From assembly GCA_951406725.2 (NCBI GenBank), contig OX597817.1, forward strand, positions 95,666,001-95,730,000: 64,000 nt of DNA, written 5' to 3'. Positions within the stretch are counted from its first letter, which is position 1. Every line of letters starts with the position of its first letter. Of this stretch, positions 12,618-25,900 are shown in pieces. A model generated the notes under the pieces. The model saw only the letters and a program-made list of their open reading frames with translations. It had not been told where the DNA came from and did no database searches. A program made the position numbers and the translations under genes. The DNA comes from Octopus vulgaris. Its lineage: Eukaryota.

Positions 12618-15560
12618 CCTGGCTACAAGCACAAAGCTGGAACTACCACCACATAAGGCCACCACCAACAGATGCAGGATGGCCAACACTGACACCAACA
12701 CACACAACAAAAACATTTCTACTGAACGTAGGAGGGCTGCTGCGCGGCAACTGTAAAAGGAAAATTTCATTCCTGAGAGACCTTGTGACATGGAATCAAG
12801 CTATATGCATGGCACTCACAGAAACGCATCTTAGACTCGATATAGGGGATGCAGAAATACACATGTCACAATATGCAGTCATACGCTCAGATAGAAAAGG
12901 GAGGAGCCATGGTGGAGTTGCAATGTACATCCGAGATGACCTAACGCCCCAGGTCCTGTTGTTATATTCAAACTCAGTGTGTGACACTCAAATTGTACAC
13001 ATAAGACAACTGAATATCGTCATATGCACTACATATCGCCCACCAGTTGCCCCAAATCACTCAGGCATATTTGAAGACTGCCTAACAAAAATAGAAGTCC
13101 TCACCAACCTTGAACAACACAACAGTGTATTCTTCATGGGTGACTTTAACTTCCCCAATGTGGAATGGCCTGGGCGGGGGCAGATGCTCTCAGGGATGAC
13201 ACACCATCAGCAGGCACAGGCAGAGTCCCTGCTCCATCTCACAAATGCCTCTTTCATGGAGCAAATAGTTCTGCAACCAACAAGGGCAGATAATATACCG
13301 GATCTCTGCTTCACAAACAATATGGATATTATCCATAATATTAAAGTGATGCCGACAATGATCTCGGATCAGAATATAATGGAGCTGTCTATGTATGGAC
13401 CAAAAGCCCCCGTAGACACACAGCCTATACGAAGCATCCACCATCTCTCCAACTTAAACTTTCATAAAGCAAACTGGAAGTTGATTGAGAAAGAGATCCA
13501 GGATTGGCCTAAATGTCTCTCCACACCGGACATTAACATGAAACACAAACACTTCATGTCCATAATACAAGCCATATGTGACAAATATGTCCCAGTGTGC
13601 AGGGCCAGTACACACAAAAACAAAAACAGGATCCCTAGAGAAAGGAAGATTCTTATGAGACGACGGACAAGGATTGCGAACCGCTTGAGCAAGCACACCA
13701 AAAGTGGTGAGAAGTCTCGGCTCGAGAGAATGCTAATGGAATTTGAGAAAAGTCTGCATCAGTCCCATGAAAAGGAGAGAGCAGATAAAGAAGCTTGGGT
13801 AATAGAAAATATAAAATCAAACCCTAAAGCTTTCTTTAAGTTTGCCAAAGAGACAGCCATAGTGCACCAGAGAATAGGACCTCTCTTCCAAAAAGATGGC
13901 TCTCTCACAGGAAATCCCACGAGGATAAGTGAAATACTGAACGAACAATTCCAAAGTGTGTTCACTACACCTCTAGGACACAGGCAAGTAAACAACCCAG
14001 AAGAATTCTTTGCCACTTTACCTGCGGCCAAAGAGGCAAAAATTGAGTACATCAACATTGAAGATGATGATATCACACTAACCATAGATGAGATTGACAC
14101 AAACTCAGCTGCTGGACCTGATGGATTCCCAGCGATCCTTCTCAAATCGTGCAAACGATCCCTTGCAAAACCGCTACAGCTTCTTTTTCAAAGCTTTCTT
14201 GCAAGTGGTAAGCTCCCAGTCAAATTGAAAGAGGGGGTAATATGCCCTATCCATAAGGGAGGTAGCAGAGCAGATGCAGATCTCACACATCAGCAAAGTC
14301 ATGGAACGAATAGTCCGCAAGAAACTAATCATGTTCCTTGAAGAAAATGACTTGCTGTCTGACACCCAGCATGGGTTTCCACCAGGTAGAAGCTGCCTAA
14401 CACAGCTCCTGCAACACTATGACTGGGTGTTAAAACAGTTACTAAATGGCTCAAATGTGGATGTAATATATCTCGACTTTGCAAAAGCCTTTGATAAAGT
14501 CGACCACGGTATGATCTATCACAAACTGCATGGTCTCGGCATAGGCGGAAAACTTGGAGAGTGGCTGCACAACTTCCTAAAAGACAGAAGACAGACAGCT
14601 GTGCGCAATGGAGTCACCTCCAAGGAAACACAAATAACAAGCGGTGTTCCACAGGGCACTGTCTTGGGGCCATTGATGTTCATAGTGGCCCTTTCAGACA
14701 TGCCCTCAGTTGCTACGATGGCCACCCTTGCTAGCTATGCAGATGACACAAAAGTCTCCGACACAATACAAAACCCTGAAAATATTGCGCATCTGCAACA
14801 GGAGTTGGATACTATATACAGGTGGGCTGAGGACAAAAACATGCAGTTTAATGCAGGTAAGTTCCAGGCCCTGCGCTACCGGCACACAAAGGTAAGCGAC
14901 ATGCAGACTGGATACACTGGCCCAGGAAGCAATCCCTGAGTCAAAATCAGTGCGTGACCTGGGCATTGACATGAGCAATGATGCAGCTTTCCAAGTGCAT
15001 ATTACTAATCTGGTGATAAAATGCAGACGGCTAGCTGGATGGATTCTCCGAACTTTCAGAACAAGAGAGAAGGAGACACTGATGGTCCTCTGGAAAAAAT
15101 TCGTCCTCAGCCGCTTGGACTACTGTTCCCAACTATGGTCACCACACAATATAAAACTAATAGCAGAAATCTAAGCAATTCAGAGAAGCTACACAAAGAA
15201 GATCGTCTCAATGCAAAATATCAGCTACTGGGAAAGACTGAAAGTATTAAACCTCTTCTCCCTAGAGCGAAGGCAGGAGAGATATGCGGTGATATAGATC
15301 TGGAAAATCCTGGAGGGTCTTGTCCCAAACTTTGGCATTCAAAGTTACCCCAACCGCAGAACGGGGTGCCACTGCATGGTGCCAAAGATTCCAACATCAC
15401 CATCAAAATACAGGTCCAGATACTGCAACAGCTTGGGTTTCAGAGGACCACAGCTCTTTAACATCCTCCCTAAATGCCTGAGAGATTACATGGTGTGGAT
15501 ATGGGTTTCTTTAAAACTAAACTGGATGTCTTGTTGTCGGGGGTCCCAGATGAACCTACC
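12587..15560 (+). pseudogene. LINE ORF2 (APE endonuclease + reverse transcriptase), disrupted
   Basis: APE motifs LTETHL, GGVAMY, YRPP, GDFN. RT motifs GPDG, YLDFAKAFDKVDH, SGVPQGTVLGP, YADD. Frameshifts near 14277 and 14930, stop at 15172. Confidence 0.92.
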
Positions 15561-15840
15561 TCACGACAGGAGACACAGATGCGGGCATCGGCATCGAACT
15601 CCCTTGTTGATCAAGTGCCACGTATCAGAGGTGGATTCACATATTAGTGTAGCTCATTCAGCGGTGGTGCCCCAGCATGGCCGCGGCCTTCGGGCTAAAA
15701 CATTTTAAAGGATTTTAAGGATTTTTAAGGATATATATATATATATATGGATGTATATATATATATATATGTATATATACATACATACATACATCATACA
15801 TACATACATACATACATACATACATACATACATACATACA

Positions 15841-15874
<34 letters not shown>

Positions 15875-15891
15875 CACACAGACACACACAT

Positions 15892-15922
<31 letters not shown>

Positions 15923-15959
15923 CTACTTCATTATCGTATTTCATTTTCGTCTTGTATGA

Positions 15960-16556
<597 letters not shown>

Positions 16557-16579
16557 TTAAAAAAATATAATCACACATA

Positions 16580-17934
16580 ACACACAAAAACCACAACAAG
16601 AAAACAGCTGTTCATGCAGGAATAAAAAAATTGTGCCCGCTAAATGGAGCTTGCATGTCCGAGACCATCATCTATGAAGCTACCGTGGACTCTATAACCA
16701 CTAAAGACACCGTTTCAACGAAGAAATACGTGGTCCTTACAGAGGGTAATTTCAAGGCCAGCTTCAATAACCACACCTTGAGTTTTAGGCACTGGAACAA
16801 AAGAAAAGCGACAAAATGATCTAATCATATTTGGTCTTTAAAAGATAAAGGTGTCGATTATAACATCCATTGGAAGATTTTGGGCAAATGTAAGCCCTAC
16901 ACCAACGGCAGCGGAAAGTGCGGTCTATGCGACATGGAGAGATGGCTTATCTGGAAAAGCAGCTTAGACCTTACTACATGTCTAAACTCAAGGACAGAAC
17001 TTTTCGGATCATGCCCACATGTGACAAAATTTTTGTTACGTTTTTGGTCTCCTAAAGAAAACAGATAGAACTTGCTTTCTATATTATGTCCCAAAAAGTT
17101 TTTCTATCTCATTATACCTTTTATTATTTCATATATTTTTATATTTTCACACATAATAATTTTTTCTGTACTCTTCTGTCCTGCATTTTTTCCTGTGCCT
17201 ATATAGACGTGTATATAGATTCATTTGTACACGTGTGTGAATATGTATGAGTGGGCAGTTTTAGATGTGTGCGTGTATGCGGGCATAAGAATGCATATAT
17301 ACATAGACGTTTTTACTTAGTATTTTTCCATTTTTTTAGGGTTTTTTGGTGGGGGGGCATATGTATATTCATTTTTTGTATATGCGTGTGTGTGTATGTG
17401 TATATAAACATGTGCGGGTATGTACATATATAGGTGTGTGTGTGTATGAGTGCATAAGGGCAAGTCCGTACATGAACGTAGTTTTTATGCTTTGTATACT
17501 TCCTTATGTTTTTTCTGTTACCTTTAACCATGGTTTTTCTTGTGCTTGTGCGTATATAGACGTATGTATGAACCTTTACGGTACGTGTGTGTGTGTGTGT
17601 GTGTGTATGAGTTTGTATATATATATGCGTATATATTTGGCGAAAAATGCGAGTGAAGATGTGTACGTTTTCATAGTGACGTATAAGTACGCACGTGGGT
17701 CCTCGAGCGCACATGTGAGCGTATGACTAGCCATGTTTACGTGTTTACTATGAACTTTTAATCTTATTTTATATAAGTAGCAGAATTATAACACAGTAAT
17801 TTCCCTTTATATAACGGTATTTTTTCATAGCGTTTTTCAGATGGCCAGATAACCGAAGAGATTGTGTTGTGGATTTCCACTTCGGCATCTGAAACTCAGA
17901 GTTTTATCTTGACTATTGAGTAATTGTAACATAT

Positions 17935-17935
<1 letters not shown>
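16580..17935 (+). mobile_element. Degenerate PLE 3' fragment (GIY-YIG, same type as 7950-8966) with 3'UTR and HHR
   Basis: CSCRNKKLCPLNGAC...IIYEATV...KYVVLTEGNFK...CGLCDME...LNSRTELFGSCPH (16600-17068, one stop). Confidence 0.85.
17847..17909 (+). ncRNA. Hammerhead-like motif with CCGAAGA (U4C) core
   Basis: agataa-CCGAAGA-gat...atc t-GAAA-ctcagag-TT-ttatct. Confidence 0.6.
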
Positions 17936-17986
<51 letters not shown>

Positions 17987-18911
17987 GTACATGAATAGAT
18001 ACAAACAAGCATACGTAAATACATGCATATATACACACACATGCATGCATGCAAGCATACATACATGTATAAATGCATACATATATACATACACACATAC
18101 ATGCATGCATGCATACATACATACATACATACATACATGCATACATACATGATAGCTGTCCACTCGTGACTGAGGAAGACCATCACTGACCGTTGCCCAA
18201 GCAAAATGACAGCAATGCCCGTGTATTAGTTTATTGCAGCTGCGATCAGCTCCACCTTGGTTTGCATCCGTGGCTTTCATGCTAGCTGCGGCATCCTCCT
18301 ACTTGACGAGGATCAGAAAGTTGCCTCGCCGGCGATTGCGCAGTCTAAAATTTTAGGTCCAATAAGCGGATCCTCTCCACCCAATTGACATGATCCAGAG
18401 ACAAGCTTAGGCAAGAGATTCAATATCAATATGGATCACCGGCTCAGGAATGTGGGAGCGCCATGAATGTTTAATGCCATTTCCGATATATTTGATTTTA
18501 TATCAGTGTGACCTTCTCCCAGAGACATGCTTTAAGAAAAGTTGAGTGGTACCTCACTCCCAGTTGTCTTCCAGCAAGCCGGAATTTCTGAGGGCCCGTG
18601 CTATTGCTAGATAGTCATTGAACCTTTACTATGCTAATTCGTTCATTTGACAGGGTTTTAATAAAAAGTCTTGCTGGGTTTCTAGCAATCTCCACACACC
18701 GGGCAAACTTGTGGGAGTGCCGGTTTAGTCATTCACAATGCAACAGTTTGTTCTGGATTCCATGTTACCAGTAGCACTCGTGCAAGACCTCACAAGTAAT
18801 CTGAGATATCCATCCATCCATCCATCCATCCATCCACCCATTCATCTATCCATCCATTCATCCATACACACATTCATACATATATATTTGTGTATATATA
18901 TATATGTACAT

Positions 18912-18986
<75 letters not shown>

Positions 18987-19363
18987 TTAGGGAGTAAATC
19001 CAAACTTACAGGGAAAAATTAGATTTAGGATTAAATCTAATTTTATAGTATAAATATATATATATTATATTAAATTAGAGATAAAACCACTATAAGGCAA
19101 ATCAAACAGTGAAAATCATAAGCCAATACAAAGAAATAAAATTAATTAATAAAATATATTAAAAAAATATAAAATATAAAATTCCAAATTAAAATATTTA
19201 AATTAAAGTTAAGATTTAAAAAATTATTTAAATTAATAATTTATAATTATAAATTTTAAATATATATATATATATATTATTATTTTATTTATTTATTTAT
19301 TTATTTTTTTATTTATATAACTATCAAAAAGTATTAAAAGTTTAATATAAGATAAAGAGTAAA

Positions 19364-19459
19364 ACCACTACGATCGTTTCATGCCCGTAACCAATTCGAA
19401 TAACAATAATTTAAATTCAATTAATAATTCGAATTATAGTTACAGTCAATCTTCAGGTT
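19364..19459 (-). ncRNA. Hammerhead ribozyme with long stem II
   Basis: aac-CTGAAGA-long hairpin (tgtaac..attcgaat..attcgaat..gttacg)-GAAA-cgatcg-TA-gtggtt; stem I weak. Confidence 0.6.
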
Positions 19460-19974
19460 AATTGTAAAATTTTAATAAATAACCAGAGATATTTAAACAA
19501 TATTTTTTAAGAAATAAATGAAATAATAATTTTTCTGATATAAAACTCTATTATCAAAAAAGAAACTTAACGATTAAGATTAAGTCAAAACATCGATTAT
19601 AATGTTCTATATTATTTGTTTTTAGTTCCCAAATTTGGGAACTGTAAATGGGATTAGGACCATTTGACATTGACCTAGTTTCTCTCACCAAATAGCAGTA
19701 ATTGGCATTTATTAGTGGCAATTGCTGTCTTCAACATGAATTCCTTTTATGGGGTTCTGAAACCTCCTTTACCCCATTTCTACAATTAAAAAATCTTTAT
19801 TGCTTCTAACCTTACAGCAGTTAGGAACAGCCATATCTTAGTCAGTCAGTGGAAGGACTTCACTACCTCATATGTTCTTAAAATTTAAATACACATCTTT
19901 GTCTGTATATCTACTTTCTCTATAATGTTGCCACTTGATTTGAAAATTTTTGTATTAATGGAAAACCTCTATAA

Positions 19975-20046
19975 TTGGCTGATGAGTACTCAGCATCTTA
20001 AATCTGTTGTAGTACGAAATGATGTAGTACGAAACGATCGTACCAA
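19975..20046 (+). ncRNA. Type I hammerhead ribozyme
   Basis: ttgg-CTGATGA-gtact...agtac-GAAA-cgatcg-TA-ccaa, with an internal duplication of gtagtacgaaa. Confidence 0.75.
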
Positions 20047-20182
20047 ATTACCGGAGTCATTCTTGTTGCTTATTTTGATTATAATCACCCCACGGATTTT
20101 TACGGATAACACCATACAAAATTCTGGTGCATCTAAATTAAGTACCATATTCATTTGAATCTAAATTTTTGCTGAACTTATA

Positions 20183-20591
20183 CTCTTTCTCTTTTACTCT
20201 TTTACTTGTTTCAGTCATTCGACTGCGGCCATGCTGGAGCACCGCCTTTAGTCGAGCAAATCGACCCTGGGACTTATTCATTCTTTGTAAGCCCAGTATT
20301 TATTCTATCGGTCTCTTTTGCCGAACCGCTAAGTGACGGGGACGTAAACACACCAGCATCGGTTGTCAAGCAATGCTAGAGGGACAAACACAGACACACA
20401 AACATATACATACATATATATACATATATACGACAGGCTTCTTTCAGTTTCTGTCTACCAAATCCACTCACAAGGCATTGGTCGGATCGGGGCTATAGCA
20501 GAAGACATTTGCCCAAGATGCCACGCAGTGGGACTGAACCCAGAACCATGTGGCTGGTTAGCAAGCTACTTACCACACAGCCACTCCTGCG

Positions 20592-20593
<2 letters not shown>
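20183..20593 (-). mobile_element. Full-length tRNA-derived SINE (octopus-type)
   Basis: Reverse complement: ggcgcaggagtggctgtgtggtaag (A box)...gggttcagtccc (B box)...ggcggtgctccagcatggccgcagtcgaatgactgaaacaagtaaaagag tail. Confidence 0.9.
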
Positions 20594-20645
<52 letters not shown>

Positions 20646-21089
20646 TTTTTCTTTATAGAAACAAAATAACGCGTGTCATAAGAAACAATACATGTCGATG
20701 GATTGTACTTTTATTTCAATATTTCAGGGATAGGATTTTTCATCAGGAATTCTTAGGAGAAATGGTGTTGTGAGCCGAGTTCTCTGTTCTGCAGAAAAAA
20801 TAGGGACCTGTATTATTTCTTATGACTCGCATTGTTTTGCCTTTATAAAGAAAAATCGTAAATAATGATTAACACACACTCACTCACACACACTCACTCA
20901 CACACACGCACACACAAAGAACGCAGGGTTGCATAATCGGACTGTTACCTAACACTCAGTTGAACTCCTAGTGCGAAACCGATTGGTAAGGTTGGCCGTA
21001 ATGGATGTATAATACAATACTGTACACTTGGATTAATATATGTATATATATATAGGGGAGACAAGCACCTCCATCCAGCTAAGCCTGCA

Positions 21090-21131
21090 TCCAGAGACAT
21101 GTTCCTGAGTCTTGCTCGTCATCAGTCTGGA
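21090..21131 (-). ncRNA. Degenerate hammerhead (GGAA in place of GAAA)
   Basis: tccaga-CTGATGA-c gag caaga ctc a-GGAA-catg-TC-tctgga. Confidence 0.6.
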
Positions 21132-21233
21132 GTAGCATGGCTTGCTAGCTGGCTGCAGATACCTGTCTAGACTTTGCAAACATGTATAATTTCAGTGAAG
21201 TAAATTCACGTGATCAGTGAATTTACTTCACTG

Positions 21234-21275
<42 letters not shown>

Positions 21276-21349
21276 TTATCTGACAATGCTTCATGCAAAC
21301 TATACTACTCACAGACACACACATACACATACATATGTATGTATGTATG

Positions 21350-21383
<34 letters not shown>

Positions 21384-22174
21384 TGTATGTATGTACACAC
21401 ACATATATAATTCAAAATCTACTGAAAAGAGAAGAATACGATAGATGAAGAAAAGAAACAACTAGCAGGTGTATTAGTTCTAACGGTTTCACATGATGAA
21501 ATGACCAGAAGAAATAGGCCGATTGAAGGGGGAATAGTGACAAGTCCGACAGGGGTGCATAAGCCAGTGTGTGCATGGGAGAATATTGATAGTGCATGGT
21601 TGTGTGTGTGTGGGGGGAGGTGTGCGAGTGCGTGTTTATGTATGTGTAGGTGAGCTTAAGATTATGTGCGCCTGTGTGCAGGTAGGGGAGCGCGTGTGTA
21701 TGTGTTAAAGTAAATAATTTCATACATTGTATGGAGAAATGTGTGTTCCGTGCATTTATGTGTTTGTGTGTGGCCGTGAGTACGTGTGTGGAGTGTGAGA
21801 AACTGTGTATAGTATATATGTGTGAGGCTGTGTATAGATGTGTGTGTGTGTGTAAACGCATGTATGTTTCAGCTAATATGTGTGTGTGCACATGTGTGTG
21901 TTTGTGTGTGTGTGTGTAGTGTTGGTGGGAGGCGCATGTGCATCCGTCTTTGTGTCTGTGTATGTCTTTCGTCATTTGACAACCAGTATTGTTTGTTTAC
22001 GTCGTCATAACTCCGTGGCTCAGCAAAAAGTCACGAAGAGAATTTGTACTAAATTTAAAAATAAGTACTGGAGTACGTTTCATCAAATAAATCTTCCCAT
22101 AGCCGCATTCCAATGACTCAAACAAGTATAGCATATAAGCATGTAAGTTTACACACACACGCACACACACACAC

Positions 22175-22256
<82 letters not shown>

Positions 22257-22259
<3 letters not shown>

Positions 22260-23135
22260 ATATATATATAATTATATAAGTATAATTATAGTAAGGGCAC
22301 TAATGAATAGCACCAAATGACTCTAAGAACCACATTATTTACCAGATTAGCACTGGCTGAAAGCGAAGGAAATGAACAAAGAAGATTTTTTTTTTACAAA
22401 ATTGTTTAACCATAGATCGATTTCTAATTTAGGGTTGTAACTCTCTTTACCGTCTTCAGTATGGTACAACTCAAAGTACATAATTATAAACATTTATACA
22501 TACCCATACGAACACAACGTATCTACAAGCGCATATACAAATGTTCACACATATACAAGCTGAATCTACTTTGATCATCTCGGCCCCGTGCGAATACGAC
22601 CAAAATAATCCCGAAGTCAATATTTTGGTTGAAGTGTTTTGTAAATTTCTAGTTTAGGGATGTAATTCCCTTTACCGTCTTCAGTATGGTACAACTCAAA
22701 GTACATAATTATAAACATTTATGGGTATGTATATATTCTTACTTAATTCAGTGCACTTTATAATCTTTATAATCAAAGATAGATCTATATAAGATTTTAT
22801 GAAGTAGCCATCATGTAATAAGCCATATGGGTAACAATTAATACAAAATATATAATTATATAAATATAATTATAGTAAGGAGACTAATGAGTAGTGCTAC
22901 ATGCTAGAAATAGACGCCAAATGGCTCTAAGAACTACATTTTTTATCATATTAGCATGGGCTGAAAGCGAGGGAAATGAACAGAAAATATTTTTTTACAA
23001 AATGGTTTAACCATAGATCAATTTCTAGTTTAGGGATGTAATTCCTTTTACCGTCTTCAGTATGGTACAACTCAAAGTACATAATTATAAACATTTATGG
23101 GTATGTATATATTCTTACTTAATTCAGTGCACTTT
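22257..23135 (-). repeat. Partial tandem array of an HHR-bearing non-coding repeat (HHRs at 22410-22464, 22645-22689 truncated, 23011-23065)
   Basis: Three copies of tttaccgtcttcagtatggtacaactcaaagtacataattataaacatttat. Reverse complement: ccata-CTGAAGA-...-GAAA-tcga-TC-tatgg. Confidence 0.8.
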
Positions 23136-23691
23136 CTAAACTTTGTACATTCTCAATAGTTGTTCTGTCAAATTTACAAGTTCAGTAAGGAGAAGTATTG
23201 TTGAATAAAAATGAAATCAGTCGACACGATATTCATTCCTGAAAAAAAAAAAAATTCACAGCGAGACTAAATACAAAGGTATTTGTGTCAGTATATTTAT
23301 ATATTCATAACCAATGCAGTATTGGTACACTAGAAATCGTTTGCCCAGTGATGTAATATTATCATGCATAATGCATATGTTAAAGTGAATGCATATAGCT
23401 ATTACATCTAAGTTAACATCTAAGAAGACGAATATGCTGGGAGAGATAAACGAGTTGATTTTGAACTTAGATTCAATGTTCTTTTCGCTAGTATTGACAG
23501 TCCATAAGATGATAAAAGAGCATATGATGACAGGATCAAAAGCTGAGTAATTTAAAATGCTTACATCTCATATTTTTAGGATTATATATATTAACCATGT
23601 GTTCTAAACCTCTATTTATAATCAATTTAGAAATAGCATGCTTTCAAAAACGACTAGCAATAAATGTTCTCCTTTCTGATCGACTATTCCT

Positions 23692-23887
23692 TTATTCTTT
23701 CAGTCATTAGACTGCAGTCATGCTGGGGCACTGCCTTGAGGAATGTTAATCGAATGAATCAACCATAGTACTTAAAAACATTTCTTTGAATCTTATTCTA
23801 TCGGCCTATTTTGCTGAACTGCTAAAGTTGCGGGGACGTAAACACATCAACGCCGGTTGTCAAGTGGTGGAAGGGAAGAAATACGCA

Positions 23888-23959
<72 letters not shown>

Positions 23960-24045
23960 ACGGGATTCTTGCCCAAGGTGCCACACGGTGGGATTGAATC
24001 TGGAGCCATGCGTAAATTTCAAATCTAAAACCATACGACTATAAT
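23692..24045 (-). mobile_element. Degenerate, internally deleted tRNA-SINE copy
   Basis: Homologous to the head and tail of 20183-20593. Confidence 0.75.
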
Positions 24046-25158
24046 TGTAAACCGCGTCACGGTAAATGTTAAGGAGTTTTAATGATTGAAATTGATGGCA
24101 GGTGTTAATTTAAAGGAAAATTATAAATACATTCAGTTTCTTGATGTCTTTTACAAATATTTAATTGTATACATAGTGGCATATAGTTCTTGATATGGTT
24201 CATTACAACCCACATTTTGGCTGAAACGAATGATAAAGATAGTTATCCATCCATAATTGTAATAGTATTATGCTTTTAGAGAGTTGTTGAAAGTATTCTA
24301 TCAACAGTGTTATAAAAAGAAATAATTCTGAAAATGTAGGTCTTTATTGAATCGTCAGGTATTTCTTTTTCGCTCACTTCACTGTCATTCCTCAACTTGA
24401 GCCTTTTACTGAGTCGGTTTCTACTGACGGTAACTCATTCAATCATAGATCTTAATATATTATTATATTGAAATGGTGTCCACAAAGTCTATCAAATTCG
24501 ACACTTTCAAAATAAATAACAGAAAACAAGTATCATTTCAAGTTAATTAATTTGGGAATAGGGATAAAGATATAAAGCTAACTTACCAGATTATGGTTAA
24601 CTATGAGGATAAGTACTTTGTTAGATTGTGCCTTAATTTGATTTGTTTCTAGCTGAGGGATTCGATATCGAGAAAGAAAAGTTAAACACATGAGATCTAG
24701 AACTCGAGGTACGATATGGATAAAAAGAAAACTCTTGAGTGCTCTAGGAAAATTTGAGTAAGTATGCAAGATAGTGGTGACGTTGTCAGAGTTAGAAAGT
24801 ATTATTTCCATTTGTAGAAAGAGTAATTAAAGAGACAGAAAAAGATTAAGTTCTTCAGTAGAACAATGGGTACAGGATGATTTTATTTTTATTTTTATTT
24901 TTGTGAAGTTGAAGTGAGTTGGATGTGTATCGTTGGATTCATTTCTACCTGTTTGATTTAGAAGGGTTTTGCTGAATTTAAGAGAAAACTTTGCCAACGC
25001 AATGCTCTCTTTTTTAAAATCTTAGCGTTCCTCAAAAAGTATGAGTAACACCTGCTCATTTTCATCAAAACCTTTAGAACTGTTATTTACAGAAATATTA
25101 GATGTGATTTAGTATTATATATGCACATTTTTTTCTTTTTGACATATTTTAATTCTAG

Positions 25159-25392
25159 TTATTACAACAGCAAGTACAACAACTACTTCAACGCTTGCAA
25201 GCACAACAACAGCAAGTACGACAACACCAAGCACAACAACAGCAAGCACGACAACAGCAAGCACGACAACACCAAGCACAACGACAGCAAGCACAACAAC
25301 TACTTCAACTACAGCAACCACAAAGATATCATTATTTACAACAAGTTCTGCTTTGGAAACAACGCGATCTCAAATCCAGTCTGAACAAAGAG
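25159..25392 (+). CDS. Thr/Ser-rich (mucin-like, ASTTT repeat) linker exon of the VWA gene
   Basis: Acceptor aattctag|TT, donor AGAG|gttagt. 234 nt, symmetric phase 1-1, open frame ITTASTTTTSTLASTTTASTTTPS...SEQR. Confidence 0.85.
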
Positions 25393-25841
25393 GTTAGTTT
25401 AAATATATTTTTCTTGATATGTCTGTAAAAAGAATTAAATTCAAATGTTACGTGTTTCTCGTTGACTGACATTTGTGGAGCAATGATAACAGTTGAAATA
25501 TTTCAAGCTAAATAATTTAATAATATGGCGTTTTCTCTCACACTTCGCTTAATTTAGGTTTTTTGGATATGCTTTCTTCATTTTTTACACTTGCAAGTCG
25601 TTTCATTGGAAACATATCAAGAGAAGTCTGCTTTTCCCTGCCTTTCAATAAATTACGAAAGTGCACCAGGCATTGTCATTAAATAAAGTAGCTGTACGAC
25701 CTGTAGCTACAGGTCGTGCAGCTACTTTTTCAGGATGATATTTTTCTACAAATTCAGAAACATACTGCTACTTCGCCAACACTGCCTTTATGTCACTCGT
25801 AGAGATAGCATTCTCCGTTACACATGCACACACACATATAC

Positions 25842-25899
<58 letters not shown>

Positions 25900-25900
<1 letters not shown>

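Larger units (their letters stand above)
10214..15731 (+). mobile_element. Near full-length CR1-group LINE inserted in (TA)n (5' boundary tentative)
   Basis: Starts at aagatggcg right after (TA)n, has ORF1 and an APE-RT ORF2, a 3' stem-loop and a (TTTTAAGGA)n tail at ~15703-15731, then TA repeats. Confidence 0.8.

Noticed and set aside
16817-16819. In-frame TGA in PLE as selenocysteine
   Set aside because: Aligns to Leu in the related ORF at 7950-8966; ordinary nonsense mutation.
18150-18760. GC-richer segment as RTE 5'UTR or HDV-like ribozyme
   Set aside because: Could not establish the nested pseudoknot or any homology by eye.
20520-20593. tRNA gene
   Set aside because: tRNA-like head of a SINE; no complete cloverleaf.
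25195-25428. Poly-Q ORF and the Asn-rich ORF 25121-25384
   Set aside because: Alternative frames of the Thr-rich exon; only the Thr frame matches splice phases.
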